DNA of 64,000 bases from an uncultured Clostridiaceae bacterium (lineage in GTDB: Bacteria; Bacillota; Clostridia; TANB77; CAG-508). Made by a program: the position numbers and the translations under genes. The stretch spans positions 945-64,944 of the forward strand of contig CAMMAC010000005.1 in the NCBI GenBank assembly GCA_946493085.1, given 5' to 3'. How positions within the stretch are numbered: the stretch's first letter is position 1; every line of letters starts with the position of its first letter. Shown here piece after piece: positions 9,837 to 20,144 of the stretch. The notes beneath the pieces are model-generated. The model had not been told where the DNA came from. It did no database searches and was given only the letters and a program-made list of their open reading frames with translations.

Positions 9837-10040
9837 ATGAAAAAAGACAATTTGTGTGAAGAAAAAGATAAGTATATTCCTTGTTTTGTGTTTCCTTCAA
9901 AAGAAGTAGAAGAACGGGCATTCGAAGTTGTAAGAAAATTGTATGAAAAGGAGAAAGAAGGAAAAAGACAAAATGGTCTTTTAAATAGAGGTTGTCTTAT
10001 TTTAGGACATCCTCTAAATCTTTTACGACTCGACTTTTGA
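9837..10040 (+). CDS. hypothetical small protein (67 aa)
   Basis: AAGGAGG RBS. No family recognised. Contains an in-frame CGG at 9915. Confidence 0.35.
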   Translation: MKKDNLCEEKDKYIPCFVFPSKEVEERAFEVVRKLYEKEKEGKRQNGLLNRGCLILGHPLNLLRLDF

Positions 10041-10119
10041 TTGGTATCTTTTTAATCTATTGCTTACATAAAAGCAAACTGCAGAATTAGGAAAAGTCAT
10101 AAAATTTTAGTACTTGAAA

Positions 10120-10148
10120 TTGACATAACACTAAAAAACGTATATAAT
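10120..10148 (+). promoter_or_regulatory. consensus sigma-A promoter
   Basis: TTGACA-17 nt-TATAAT upstream of ORF 10199. Confidence 0.7.
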
Positions 10149-10198
10149 AATTGTTATGTAACTAAAATAACTCAACCACAATTAAGGAGAGAGAACAA

Positions 10199-10972
10199 AT
10201 GAGAAAGAGTGAAGAATTAAAACAAAATGTAGAAAATATGCGGAGAGAATTATTAAATCTGGCAAAAAAGGAGGAAAAAATATCTGAAATAGAAAGAGTT
10301 TTCAGTTTCTTTTATCTAGATGAAAATCTAGACAGTGAAGGAATGGTACATATTAGGCATGACAATAACATGTTCCCTATAATAGGGCATGTTAAGGAGA
10401 AATCAATGGAGTATGCTTTTATAATATTAACACTTTATGGCAGGTTATATTATAAAACTAGGAAAGTGATTTTTAAGTTACCAAAAATGGAAGATAGGGA
10501 AAAAGTATATGACTTACTTTTGGATATAGGTAAGGTAATAAGGAGACAATCACTATTGGGTGTGAAAAGAAATAAGTTGAAATGTGAAGAATTCTATAAG
10601 GATTTTCAGGAATTTATTTCTATGGCTGTAATGACCTTGGGTCATGAGTATGATGAAATAGATCATCTTACAGTTAGGTATTCTCCCAAGAGTGCAGAAA
10701 AATTAAAAAATATAAGAGAAGTATATGAAAGTATATCTTTCGAGGGAGGCAAAATTAAGTACTTTGATTATATAGAAGAAAGCTTTCAAATAATTCCACA
10801 TAATAATGCTGTATTGCTTCAATATATGATAATGAATTTATATATTAAAGCATATGCAGAATCAGTATTATGGCTGGAAGCGAACAAACCAGCCATTCAA
10901 TGGTGTCCAACAACACCTTGGCAAGTGCTGCAAAAGCTAGAAATGATAATATACGGATATTTTTTACATTAA
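10199..10972 (+). CDS. hypothetical protein (257 aa)
   Basis: Long ORF in AT-rich DNA with an AAGGAGAG RBS, followed by a strong hairpin terminator. No family recognised. In-frame CGG at 10241. Confidence 0.65.
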   Translation: MRKSEELKQNVENMRRELLNLAKKEEKISEIERVFSFFYLDENLDSEGMVHIRHDNNMFPIIGHVKEKSMEYAFIILTLYGRLYYKTRKVIFKLPKMEDREKVYDLLLDIGKVIRRQSLLGVKRNKLKCEEFYKDFQEFISMAVMTLGHEYDEIDHLTVRYSPKSAEKLKNIREVYESISFEGGKIKYFDYIEESFQIIPHNNAVLLQYMIMNLYIKAYAESVLWLEANKPAIQWCPTTPWQVLQKLEMIIYGYFLH

Positions 10973-11128
10973 AATGAAAAGAGAGAGAAGTCAGCAAATG
11001 GCTTCTTTCTCTCTTTTAAAATATTACGAAGTTGATAACCAAAAGCATTTATGATATTATTAGAAAAACTAAGAGGCTCATAAAATAAGGAAATTTTATA
11101 TTTTGGTATTAAAAAAGAAGGTGTAATA

Positions 11129-12754
11129 ATGAAAAAACAAACAATCGTTAAAATAGTAATATTTGTCATACTTTTTATTGTAGTAATGTGCCTAGAAATA
11201 GGAGGACTTAATTTTCTACAGGATGATAAAATATTATTTTGTAGTAGTAAACAAAGTACACAGATAAAAGAGGAACTTTCTCATATAACAGGAGCTCTGC
11301 CAGCTACAAGTACTTATTCTGTAAAAGTAATGATAAAAAACGGTGAAGAAATAAGTATATACTATATGAGTAATGGACAAATAAATGATTATGAATTGAA
11401 AGATAGTGAATTATCTACTAAAAGCCAAATTCGTTCTTATATAGAGGCAGATAGTATAGAGGGGAGAACGATATATTACGCAATTATTATTACTACGGCC
11501 ATCTTACTACTAATGCTCATTACATATTTATTTGTCTCTAAAAAGCCTTTGAAAGGAATCATAAAACTGGGATATTTTATTTTATCCCTATTGGTTTGCC
11601 TATTTTTATTATGTATAATTCCATTATTATCTAAAAATCATGGAGGGGACTTATATTATTATTCTATTGTAATAGGAAGCTTCCTGATAGGATTATTATA
11701 TGGCTATAAGAATAAAATTTTCTTTTTGCCAACATTAGTTATGGTTCCAATCTATTACTTAGCAACATGGTTTAATTATAGCAATGGAATGCTTTGGATA
11801 GATGATTTTTGCGGTTATTTCTTTTTAAATTTTATAGGAGCGTTAACAGGTAGAATAATAGAAAAAAATAAAGGAATAAAGAAAAAGCATTTCCTATTCT
11901 ATGTTATTATTACACTTTTATTTCTTTTAGGCATCTTCCTAACAAGAATGAAAACAAGAACAATTACCTCTTTGCTATTTGATTTTTGTAAGTTAGGATT
12001 AGTAGGAATTAGTTTTAGTATAGTTACCTATGTTAGTTATTGGATGATAGGAAAAATTCCTACAAAAAGGAAGAAAAGCAAAGAAAATAGCAATCCATTA
12101 GTCATAGAACTTTTGGCAGTGATTATTCTAATCCTAGTATTTGTAGGAATGAATCTATACTGCATAAGACCGCATAGTTATATAGAAGCAAATCTACAAA
12201 GTTATTCGCAAAGTTTAGAAGAGCAATACTCATACCGAATTCTACAAGGCAGGATTTATGTGACAACAAATGAAGGAGATAATTGGATAGAAGTGCCTGC
12301 TAATTTTGAAAATATTAGTAGTACAAGTCAAAAATTTTCTGATGATAGCTATTATATGGACAGAAATAAACTTATTTTTGAAACGAGTAGAGGAGAAACA
12401 ATTGGCTTAATATATTCAGATGATAATGGAGTAAATTGGAATAATTCAACAATAACGGATACAAATGGCTATATTGTATATATGAAATTTTTTGATAAAA
12501 ATAATGGGATTGCTATGATATGTTATGGGAATGAAATTGGACAAAGGGAGCATTTAAGAGCAGCCATCACTCTGGACGGTGGGAAAACATGGACTACACA
12601 AAAAGAGGAAAACAGTAGTATTAGAATTAATAGAGGAGCAAAAATAGAGTTTAGTAGTATAGAGGAAGGAAAAATAGAAAATATTTCATACGACGGAAGT
12701 AAGACTGTATATATAACACAAGATGCAGGAAAAACGTGGGAAGAAAATAGATAA
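11129..12754 (+). CDS. polytopic membrane protein with C-terminal BNR/Asp-box repeat domain
   Basis: About 9 hydrophobic segments, then three Asp-boxes: SDDNGVNW, TLDGGKTW and TQDAGKTW. Confidence 0.7.
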   Translation: MKKQTIVKIVIFVILFIVVMCLEIGGLNFLQDDKILFCSSKQSTQIKEELSHITGALPATSTYSVKVMIKNGEEISIYYMSNGQINDYELKDSELSTKSQIRSYIEADSIEGRTIYYAIIITTAILLLMLITYLFVSKKPLKGIIKLGYFILSLLVCLFLLCIIPLLSKNHGGDLYYYSIVIGSFLIGLLYGYKNKIFFLPTLVMVPIYYLATWFNYSNGMLWIDDFCGYFFLNFIGALTGRIIEKNKGIKKKHFLFYVIITLLFLLGIFLTRMKTRTITSLLFDFCKLGLVGISFSIVTYVSYWMIGKIPTKRKKSKENSNPLVIELLAVIILILVFVGMNLYCIRPHSYIEANLQSYSQSLEEQYSYRILQGRIYVTTNEGDNWIEVPANFENISSTSQKFSDDSYYMDRNKLIFETSRGETIGLIYSDDNGVNWNNSTITDTNGYIVYMKFFDKNNGIAMICYGNEIGQREHLRAAITLDGGKTWTTQKEENSSIRINRGAKIEFSSIEEGKIENISYDGSKTVYITQDAGKTWEENR

Positions 12755-12793
12755 TAGTAATTAATTGTAAATCAAAAAATAATACAAGATAGA

Positions 12794-12926
12794 TTGAAAT
12801 CGTTACTTAGATATGTTACTATATTAGCAATATGATTTTGAAATTCCTGTTCTGATTTAAGAGCAGTTTAAATAGATGCAACTTGTTAACTTAATTTAGA
12901 GAGCCAATTGGCGGGAGGAAACAAGA
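12794..12926 (+). promoter_or_regulatory. sigma-A-type promoter plus conserved leader, copy B
   Basis: TTGAAA(12794-12799)-17 nt-TACTAT(12817-12822). Same hairpin (12847-12866) and palindrome GCCAATTGGC (12903-12912) as copy A. Confidence 0.65.
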
Positions 12927-13076
12927 ATGAAGAGTGTTGTTTTAAAAATTGTTGCGTGCATAGGTCTAACAATTGTATCGGTTTTAATAGTTTTACAGAG
13001 CGAAGAAAGTATGCTTATAGGCGCTTTGCTTATGTTTTGGGGCTTATGTGCGATTCTTTCCTGGGGTAACACATGA
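12927..13076 (+). CDS. hypothetical small membrane protein (49 aa)
   Basis: Not in the ORF track (<60 aa). GGGAGG RBS. Sequence MKSVVLKIVACIGLTIVSVLIVLQSEESMLIGALLMFWGLCAILSWGNT has two hydrophobic helices. Confidence 0.4.
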   Translation: MKSVVLKIVACIGLTIVSVLIVLQSEESMLIGALLMFWGLCAILSWGNT

Positions 13077-13094
13077 ATGAATAAGTTTTCAAAT

Positions 13095-13115
13095 AGCGGT
13101 CGCAATGCGACCGCT
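13095..13115. terminator. bidirectional hairpin between convergent genes
   Basis: agcggtcgc-aat-gcgaccgct GC-rich stem between ORF 12927 and asnB. Confidence 0.6.
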
Positions 13116-13126
13116 AACAGCATATT

Positions 13127-14980
13127 TTACAACTCAATCCTAGGCTGATACCTCTCAAGCCACATATTCACTTGACAAAGGTATGCCATAAGTTGAGGAC
13201 CAGTCATCAATTGACCAAACCATGGTCTTGTAAATGCCTTGCCATCTGTTTCTAAAATATTTAAAATGTATTCTCTATTTAATAAATCATTAATAGGAGC
13301 GTTTTTATCTTCCATAATCTTAGTAAGCATTTGCTTTACTCTAGCTAAATACGTAGGGTTCCATGTTTTAGGGTAAGGGCTTTTCTTTCTATCTACAATC
13401 TCCGAAGGCAAAATATCTTTCATAATATAGCGAAGCAATCCTTTTTCTCTACCATTTAATGCCTTTATTTCCCAAGGAATATTCCAAACATATTGTGCCA
13501 AACGATAATCACAGAAAGGAACTCTTAGCTCGAAACCGTTATACATAGCCATTTTATCACTACGGTCTAATAAGGTTTGCATAAACCAATTTAGTGTTAA
13601 ATGAGAGATTCTTCTTTTTTCTGCTGTTTCGTCAGAATCTGTATCTAATATGGTAACTTCAGATAAGCTTTCACGATAACGAAAATCAATATAATCTTTT
13701 AAGTTTACTTCTTTCGCAATAGCAGGATTTAATAATTGTTGTCGTTCTGTTAGAGCAATAGACCATGGGAAAGTTCCACTCTTTAGGGCATCCTCACGGA
13801 AAAACCATGGATAACCGCCAAATATTTCGTCTGCACACTCTCCCGTAAGAGAAACGGTTGCCTCTGGTTTTACATTTTTACAGAAAAGAAGAAGAGAGGA
13901 ATCCACATCTGCCATACCAGGATAATCACGAGCAATCATGGCATCCTCTAAAGCATCTGCTAGTTCTGGTGTATCTAGTACAATGGCTTTATGTTTGGTA
14001 TGCAATTTTTGTGTCATGAGAGATATATAGTAGTTGTCTGAGTTTGGCTGAAAGTCTGTTTTTTGGAAATTTTTATCATTATCTACGTAATCTACAGAAT
14101 ACGTATTTAATGGTGGTAGACCATTTTGTTTGCAATAATTAGCAGCATATAAAGTAATAATACTAGAGTCTAATCCACCAGAAAGGAAAGTGCAAAGAGG
14201 AACGTCTGATACTAATTGTCTCGTAATAGAGTCCTCTAGCAAATAACGAACTTTCTCGCAAGTGGTTCCAAAACTGTCTGTATGAGGTTTGCTCTCTAAT
14301 TTCCAATAACGGTGAATTTGCAAACCATTTGCATTCCAAATGCCAAAATGAGCAGGGCGAATTTCAAAAATATTTTTAAAAATACCATTGCCAGAAGTAT
14401 GACAAGGACCTAAACCAAATAGTTCTCCAATACCTTCTTTATCTATTTTTGCTTCTATATGAGGGAAAGCAAATAGAGCTTTTACTTCTGAGGCAAACAC
14501 AAAAGTGTCGTCTTTTACTGTATAATAAAATGGTTTTACACCAAAATGGTCTCTAGCAAAGAATAATTCTTGCTTTTTCGAATTCCAAATAGCAAAAGCA
14601 AAAATACCATTCATTTTATGCACAATTTCATAACCCCAATGAATAAATCCTTTTAATAGAACTTCTGTATCTGAATGGGTTTCAAAAGTAAAATCAGCTT
14701 CCTCTAGTTCCTGTTTTAATTCTTTTGTATTATATAATTGTCCGTTATAGACAATGGTGTAAGTACTTTCATGATAGCAGAAGCTCATTGGTTGCTTTCC
14801 ACCTTCTGGGTCGATTACAATCAATCTCTTATGTCCCATTGCTGCGTGCTTATCTTGATATAGTCCGTCTTCGTCTGGTCCACGTCTGGCAATGGTCTGC
14901 ATCATGTCTTCTAGAATTTCTTTATCATTTGCTGTTTTTATATTTCTCTTTAAGTTAACAAAACCTACAATTCCACACAT
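13127..14980 (-). CDS. asnB: asparagine synthase (glutamine-hydrolysing)
   Basis: MCGIVGF N-terminal nucleophile, SGGLDSS PP-loop, 617 aa. Confidence 0.95.
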   Translation of the reverse strand: MCGIVGFVNLKRNIKTANDKEILEDMMQTIARRGPDEDGLYQDKHAAMGHKRLIVIDPEGGKQPMSFCYHESTYTIVYNGQLYNTKELKQELEEADFTFETHSDTEVLLKGFIHWGYEIVHKMNGIFAFAIWNSKKQELFFARDHFGVKPFYYTVKDDTFVFASEVKALFAFPHIEAKIDKEGIGELFGLGPCHTSGNGIFKNIFEIRPAHFGIWNANGLQIHRYWKLESKPHTDSFGTTCEKVRYLLEDSITRQLVSDVPLCTFLSGGLDSSIITLYAANYCKQNGLPPLNTYSVDYVDNDKNFQKTDFQPNSDNYYISLMTQKLHTKHKAIVLDTPELADALEDAMIARDYPGMADVDSSLLLFCKNVKPEATVSLTGECADEIFGGYPWFFREDALKSGTFPWSIALTERQQLLNPAIAKEVNLKDYIDFRYRESLSEVTILDTDSDETAEKRRISHLTLNWFMQTLLDRSDKMAMYNGFELRVPFCDYRLAQYVWNIPWEIKALNGREKGLLRYIMKDILPSEIVDRKKSPYPKTWNPTYLARVKQMLTKIMEDKNAPINDLLNREYILNILETDGKAFTRPWFGQLMTGPQLMAYLCQVNMWLERYQPRIEL

Positions 14981-15127
14981 ATTACATTCTCCTTTATATT
15001 GTTTAGTATATGCAAAAATGAAAAAAAGTTGAAAAAAAGTTGCACAGAAAAAAACTTAGTGATAGAATAATTTTGTACCTAAGAGGAAACACTTTAAAAA
15101 GAAATAAAATAAAGGAGGAAATTACAA

Positions 15128-16285
15128 ATGAGTACAACAAGATTTGTTTTAAATGAAACTTCCTATTTTGGAAGAGGGGCAAGAGAAGTGTTGCCAGAGG
15201 AAATTAAAAATAGAGGATTTAAAAAGGTTTTAGTAGTAACCGATAAGTCTTTGTTTGAAGTAGGTGTTACTGCAAAAGTTTTAGAGATGTTAGATAATGC
15301 AGGAATTAGCTATGAGGTTTTTCATGATATAAAACCAAATCCTACTGTACAAAATGCAACAGAAGGAATAAAGAAATGTAGAGAATCAGGAGCAGATGCC
15401 ATTGTAGCAGTAGGTGGAGGTTCTTCTATGGATACAGCAAAATGTATCGGAATTGTTATGACTAATCCAGATAGAGAAGATATTGTTTCTTTAAATGGAC
15501 CATCTAATACAAAGAATAAATCTATGCCAATTATTGCACTTCCTACTACAGCGGGAACAGCAGCAGAAGTTACAATTAACTATGTTATTACAGATGAAGA
15601 AAAAGAAATAAAAATGGTATGCGTAGATCCACACGATATTCCAATTGTTGCCATTGTAGATACAGAACTTATGGAATCTATGCCAAAATCCATTGCGGCT
15701 TCTACTGGTATGGATGCTTTAACACATGGTATTGAAGGATATATTACTAAGGATCGCAACCTTATGTCTCAAATGTTTTCTATGAAAGGAATTAAATTAA
15801 TTTATGAAAATTTAGAGAAAGCAGTTAATGAAAAAGATCCAGAAGCAGTAGAAAAAATGGGTTATGGTCAATATATTGTAGGAATGGGATTTTCTAATGT
15901 GGGATTAGGAATTGTACATTCTATGGCCCATCAATTAGGTGCTGTTTATGATACACCACATGGACTTGCAAATGCTATTTTATTACCAACAGTTATGAAG
16001 TTTAATGGTGATGTGTCTTACGAGCAATATAGAGAGATTTTAATAGAAGCAATGGGAGTAGATGCAAGGAGATTTACAAAAGAAGAAGTTATCAATACTT
16101 TCATTGAAAAAATTAAAGATTTATCAGAAAAAGTAGGTATTACGCAAACTGTTAGTGAAGTAGGAGCAAGAGAAGAAGACATTCCAATGCTTGCAGAAAA
16201 AGCTATGGCAGACCCATGTAAACCAGGAAATCCTAGAGAAGTAAGCAAGGAAGATTTTGAAGAATTATTTAGACTTGCTTGGTAA
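15128..16285 (+). CDS. iron-containing (group III) alcohol dehydrogenase
   Basis: GGGSSMDTAK, ALPTTAGTAAE and HSMAHQLG motifs. 385 aa. Lactaldehyde/propanediol-type. Confidence 0.9.
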   Translation: MSTTRFVLNETSYFGRGAREVLPEEIKNRGFKKVLVVTDKSLFEVGVTAKVLEMLDNAGISYEVFHDIKPNPTVQNATEGIKKCRESGADAIVAVGGGSSMDTAKCIGIVMTNPDREDIVSLNGPSNTKNKSMPIIALPTTAGTAAEVTINYVITDEEKEIKMVCVDPHDIPIVAIVDTELMESMPKSIAASTGMDALTHGIEGYITKDRNLMSQMFSMKGIKLIYENLEKAVNEKDPEAVEKMGYGQYIVGMGFSNVGLGIVHSMAHQLGAVYDTPHGLANAILLPTVMKFNGDVSYEQYREILIEAMGVDARRFTKEEVINTFIEKIKDLSEKVGITQTVSEVGAREEDIPMLAEKAMADPCKPGNPREVSKEDFEELFRLAW

Positions 16286-16304
16286 AAGGAAATAGAAAAG
16301 ATGA

Positions 16305-16336
16305 AGGAGGTTGCAATAAATGCAACCTCCTTTTTA
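16305..16336. terminator. bidirectional rho-independent terminator
   Basis: aggaggttgca-ataaa-tgcaacctcct followed by TTTT. Confidence 0.8.
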
Positions 16337-16354
16337 TATGGAGATATTCAGTTT

Positions 16355-16513
16355 TTACGGCTGATAGGAAAAATCAATACCAGCGTTGGCAAGGTTTTCC
16401 ATACAAGATTTCAAATTACAAGTAATCGGAAGATTATTTTCTTCCTCAATCCGATGGAGGAATTCCTCCAAATCTCCGCCATGTTGCACATAAGTCTTTC
16501 TTTCAGCTTCCAT
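16355..16513 (-). CDS. hypothetical small protein (52 aa)
   Basis: MEAERKTYVQHGGDLEEFLHRIEEE.. with an AGGAGG RBS 8 nt upstream. The longer 101-aa track ORF is an upstream extension. In-frame CGG (plus-strand ccg 16451-16453). Confidence 0.4.
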   Translation of the reverse strand: MEAERKTYVQHGGDLEEFLHRIEEENNLPITCNLKSCMENLANAGIDFSYQP

Positions 16514-16680
16514 AAAAAAATACCTCCTGTTTATTTTCCCGTTCTTGACAGGGAATATACTTATTATATTATACAAACGGTAAAAATACAAGTAGCAAAA
16601 TAAAATTTTCTGTAAACTATTGCAAATAATGAAAGAAAGTAATATAATAGAAATTACCAAAATTATAAGGAGGGCATAGT

Positions 16681-17127
16681 ATGCAAGAAGGCATCAACAT
16701 TCAAGCTCGGAGAGTGTGCATGAGAGATTGCACAGTACCGGATTTGATGGATTATTGTGTTTTGAAATGCATGAACATTCCAAAAAGCAAGAGAAAAGCA
16801 CAAATTTCACAGAGAGAAGGTGAGTTATTAAAAGAACTCACTGACTTCAATGGCAATCTGGCTCTGGTAGCTATTCTGGATGAAAGACGGCATGTTATTG
16901 GTTTAATTAAAATGTATTGTTTGGATTCAGAAACATCTATTTCTCTGGATATTTCCATACCAGAGGAACTAAAAATGTATGGGTACGGTACGGAAGCGCT
17001 ACACCAGTTCATCAAAGCGGAAAGAGAAAAATTTGAAAGAATTGAGCTCAATCCGAGCAATTCCATTGTGGCAAGATATATCCAAGAGAGAGGAGTAATT
17101 CCTCCGGTTGTGCTGAAAGAGCAGTAA
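16681..17127 (+). CDS. GNAT-like N-acetyltransferase (tentative)
   Basis: 148 aa, AGGAGGG RBS, motif-A-like KMYGYGTEALHQFI. Two in-frame CGG (16708, 16888). Confidence 0.5.
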   Translation: MQEGINIQARRVCMRDCTVPDLMDYCVLKCMNIPKSKRKAQISQREGELLKELTDFNGNLALVAILDERRHVIGLIKMYCLDSETSISLDISIPEELKMYGYGTEALHQFIKAEREKFERIELNPSNSIVARYIQERGVIPPVVLKEQ

Positions 17128-17135
17128 AATGTCCG

Positions 17136-17167
17136 AAAGAGGCACCGAAATTTAGGTGCCTCTTTTC
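17136..17167 (+). terminator. rho-independent terminator
   Basis: aaagaggcacc / ggtgcctcttt stem. Confidence 0.7.
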
Positions 17168-17264
17168 CATGTAAAAAAAATGTAAAATTTTTATGAAAAA
17201 TGTTGTACAAATAAAGGCGAATTGATATAATAAAACTAGAATAAAAAACAAAGGAGGAACTTAT

Positions 17265-18431
17265 ATGTTAAAATCAAATATAGGTTGGAGCACACAAGCA
17301 GATAGTTTTGAAGCAGGAAGAGCCTCAGCAAAAAAGGCTGTAGAAGATCTTATGCAAACAAAGGTTGCCTTTTTATATACTTCAGCAGATAATAATGTAG
17401 AAGAAGTATTAAAAGGTGCTAAAGCAGAATTGGGAACAGCGCCAATTATTGGATGTACTTCTAGTGGAGGTATTATTGTACCAGACGGCTATATTACATC
17501 AGAGAATGGATTTGCAGGAATATTAGCCATAGGAGATCCAGACACAGCAGTAGGGGTGGCAGGTTCTAGTAAAGAAAAATCAGCAAGAGAAACAGGAAGA
17601 AAAGTAGCAAAAGAAGCAATGGAGAAAGTAGGAACAGACCATGTTCCAGCATATTTTTATATGGTAGCATCTCCAGGAGAAGAAGAAGATTACTTAAAAG
17701 GAATAGAAGATGTCATTGGTAGAGTTCCTTTCTTTGGAGGAAGTGCAGCAGATAATACTGTATCTGGAGAATGGAAAATCTTCACAAATGAAGGTGTTTT
17801 CTCAGATGGTGTTGCAGTAGCATTTTTCTATACCAACAAACCAATGGCAAATGTATATACAGGAGCATACCATGAAACAGTAAATTCTGGTATTATTACT
17901 AAGTTAGATGGAAAAAGAACATTGGTAGAAATTGATGGAGAGCCAGCTCTTAAAAAATATCAAAAATGGACAGGAAAAGCCTTAAAAGATTTAAAAGGTG
18001 GAAATTTACTTTCTGCAACCATTACAGCACCTTTAGGTGTAAAAGATAGACTAGGAGACTTAATTGCTATTCGCCATCCAATGTCTTCTAATGAAGATTA
18101 TTCTATGAATATTGGAAATCATTTAGCAGTAAATACAGCAGTGATTCAAATGGAAGCAACTGTAGATGAATTAATTGATTCTACAGGAAAAACATTAAAA
18201 GAAGTAAGAAAAGAATTATCAGAAGAAGTAGGAGCTTATTTATTAGTACATTGTGGAGGAAGAAAATTAGGTATTGGAGATAGAATTGATGAAGTAGCAA
18301 AACAATTAAAGAAAGAAGCAAAAGGTGTACCATTTATGACAATCTTTACTTTTGGTGAATATGGTTCTAAAGAACATGGTGCAAATACTTGTGGAGGTTT
18401 AATGTTATCTTTCACAGGATTTGGAAAATGA
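17265..18431 (+). CDS. FIST-domain protein (FIST N + FIST C)
   Basis: 388 aa. The pattern ..GCTSSGGII.., ..FFGGSAADN.. and ..TFGEYG.. is typical of FIST sensory domain proteins. No output domain. Confidence 0.7.
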   Translation: MLKSNIGWSTQADSFEAGRASAKKAVEDLMQTKVAFLYTSADNNVEEVLKGAKAELGTAPIIGCTSSGGIIVPDGYITSENGFAGILAIGDPDTAVGVAGSSKEKSARETGRKVAKEAMEKVGTDHVPAYFYMVASPGEEEDYLKGIEDVIGRVPFFGGSAADNTVSGEWKIFTNEGVFSDGVAVAFFYTNKPMANVYTGAYHETVNSGIITKLDGKRTLVEIDGEPALKKYQKWTGKALKDLKGGNLLSATITAPLGVKDRLGDLIAIRHPMSSNEDYSMNIGNHLAVNTAVIQMEATVDELIDSTGKTLKEVRKELSEEVGAYLLVHCGGRKLGIGDRIDEVAKQLKKEAKGVPFMTIFTFGEYGSKEHGANTCGGLMLSFTGFGK

Positions 18432-18530
18432 AGAGAAGAGGAAGGAAAGCAACAAGGAAGAGCAAGTCTTGCTTTCCTTTCGCCTAACGGCACAGATAAA
18501 CCAATTGTAAAGAAAAAAGGAGGAAATGGT

Positions 18531-19967
18531 ATGAAAAATTTAATTGGCTATGAATGGAAAGATGCTAGTAATGGAGCTATTATTGAAGTAGTGAATCCAG
18601 CAAAACAAGAATTAATAGATACTGTACCAAATGTAACTTTGGAAGATGTAGATACAGCTGTAAAAGTAGCTCAAATAGAGCAAAAAAAGTGGGAAAAAGT
18701 ATCTATTTATGATAGAGCAGATATTTTATATAAATTTGTAGATTTAGTAGAAGAAAACAAAGAAAGATTAGCAAGACTATTATCTGATGAAACAGGAAAA
18801 CCAATTAAAGAAGCAAGAGGAGAAATTGCTAATGTAAGAATTGGTGTAAGAGGTTTTGTAGAAAAAGCAAAACACTTATATGATAATAGTGTTCCTGTAG
18901 GACAAGAAGCAGGGCAAGAAAAAACAATGCAAATAACCAAAAGATATCCTTTAGGAGTTATTGCAGCAATTATCCCATTTAATTTCCCAAGTGACTTATT
19001 CTGCCAAAAAGTACCACCTGCCTTAATGATGGGAAATAGTATTATTGTAAAACCATCTAATTACAATCCGCTTACTTTAATAGAATACGTAAAATTAATG
19101 ATTGAAGCAGGTGTGCCAGCAGGGGTTATTCAAGTGTTAACAGGAGATGGTCCTACTGTTGGACAAGCATTAGCAGGTCATCCAGGAGTGCATTTAGTAT
19201 CTTTAACGGGAGGAACAGTAGCAGGTATTCAAACAATGGGAACAGCTTCTAAAAATTTAACACATATTATGCTAGAGCTAGGTGGAAATGATGCTTTCAT
19301 CTTCCTAGAAGATGGAGATATGGATTTAGCCGTAAAAGAAACCATTTGGGGTCGTTTATATAATGGCGGACAAGTATGCTGTGCAAGTAAAAGATTTTTA
19401 ATTCATAACAGCAGAAAAGCAGAATTTATTAGTAGAATGAAAGAAGTTATAGAAAACTTAAAAGTAGGAGACCCAAGTAAGGAAGATACCGATATGGGGC
19501 CAATGGTAAATATCAATGCAGCAAAGCGTATAGAAGAACAAGTAAATCAAATGGTAGCAGAAGGAGCAAACATTGTTTGCGGAGGAAAAAGAGAAGATGC
19601 TTACTATTATCCAACCATTTTAGACAATGTTACAAAGGATATGGAAGTAGCAAAAGACATGGAAATATTTGGCCCAGTAATCTCTGTAATTGGATTTGAT
19701 ACCATAGACGAGGCAATAGAAATTGCAAATCAATCTTCTTATGGACTATGTGGTTGCGTATTTACTAGTAATTATCCACTTGGTATGCAAATTGCAGATA
19801 AATTAGAATGTGGAGGAGCAGTCATTAATGGAGCAAGCTTCTATCGTTCTTTTGAAATGCCTTTTGGCGGATGGAAACATAGTGGAATTGGAAATGAAGG
19901 CGTAATGACAACTCTACAAGAAATGAGTAGATTAAAAACAATTGTTATGAAAAATATATTGGATTAG
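18531..19967 (+). CDS. NAD(P)-dependent aldehyde dehydrogenase
   Basis: ELGGNDAF and GQVCCASKRF catalytic motifs. 478 aa. Confidence 0.9.
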   Translation: MKNLIGYEWKDASNGAIIEVVNPAKQELIDTVPNVTLEDVDTAVKVAQIEQKKWEKVSIYDRADILYKFVDLVEENKERLARLLSDETGKPIKEARGEIANVRIGVRGFVEKAKHLYDNSVPVGQEAGQEKTMQITKRYPLGVIAAIIPFNFPSDLFCQKVPPALMMGNSIIVKPSNYNPLTLIEYVKLMIEAGVPAGVIQVLTGDGPTVGQALAGHPGVHLVSLTGGTVAGIQTMGTASKNLTHIMLELGGNDAFIFLEDGDMDLAVKETIWGRLYNGGQVCCASKRFLIHNSRKAEFISRMKEVIENLKVGDPSKEDTDMGPMVNINAAKRIEEQVNQMVAEGANIVCGGKREDAYYYPTILDNVTKDMEVAKDMEIFGPVISVIGFDTIDEAIEIANQSSYGLCGCVFTSNYPLGMQIADKLECGGAVINGASFYRSFEMPFGGWKHSGIGNEGVMTTLQEMSRLKTIVMKNILD

Positions 19968-20040
19968 AAGATATTTGTAAAAAGGCGTTAGAGAGACGGA
20001 GGAGAATAGCCGTCTTTCTAAACTTTTGCCTTCAAAAGTA

Positions 20041-20069
20041 TTGACAAATACCAAAAAGATTAGTATAAT
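20041..20069 (+). promoter_or_regulatory. consensus sigma-A promoter of rpmF
   Basis: TTGACA-17 nt-TATAAT. Confidence 0.75.
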
Positions 20070-20144
20070 TTTAAAGTACCAAAAAATAAAACTATGTAAT
20101 AAAACATATATACATAAAGATAAGCGCAAGGGAGGGAAAATAAA

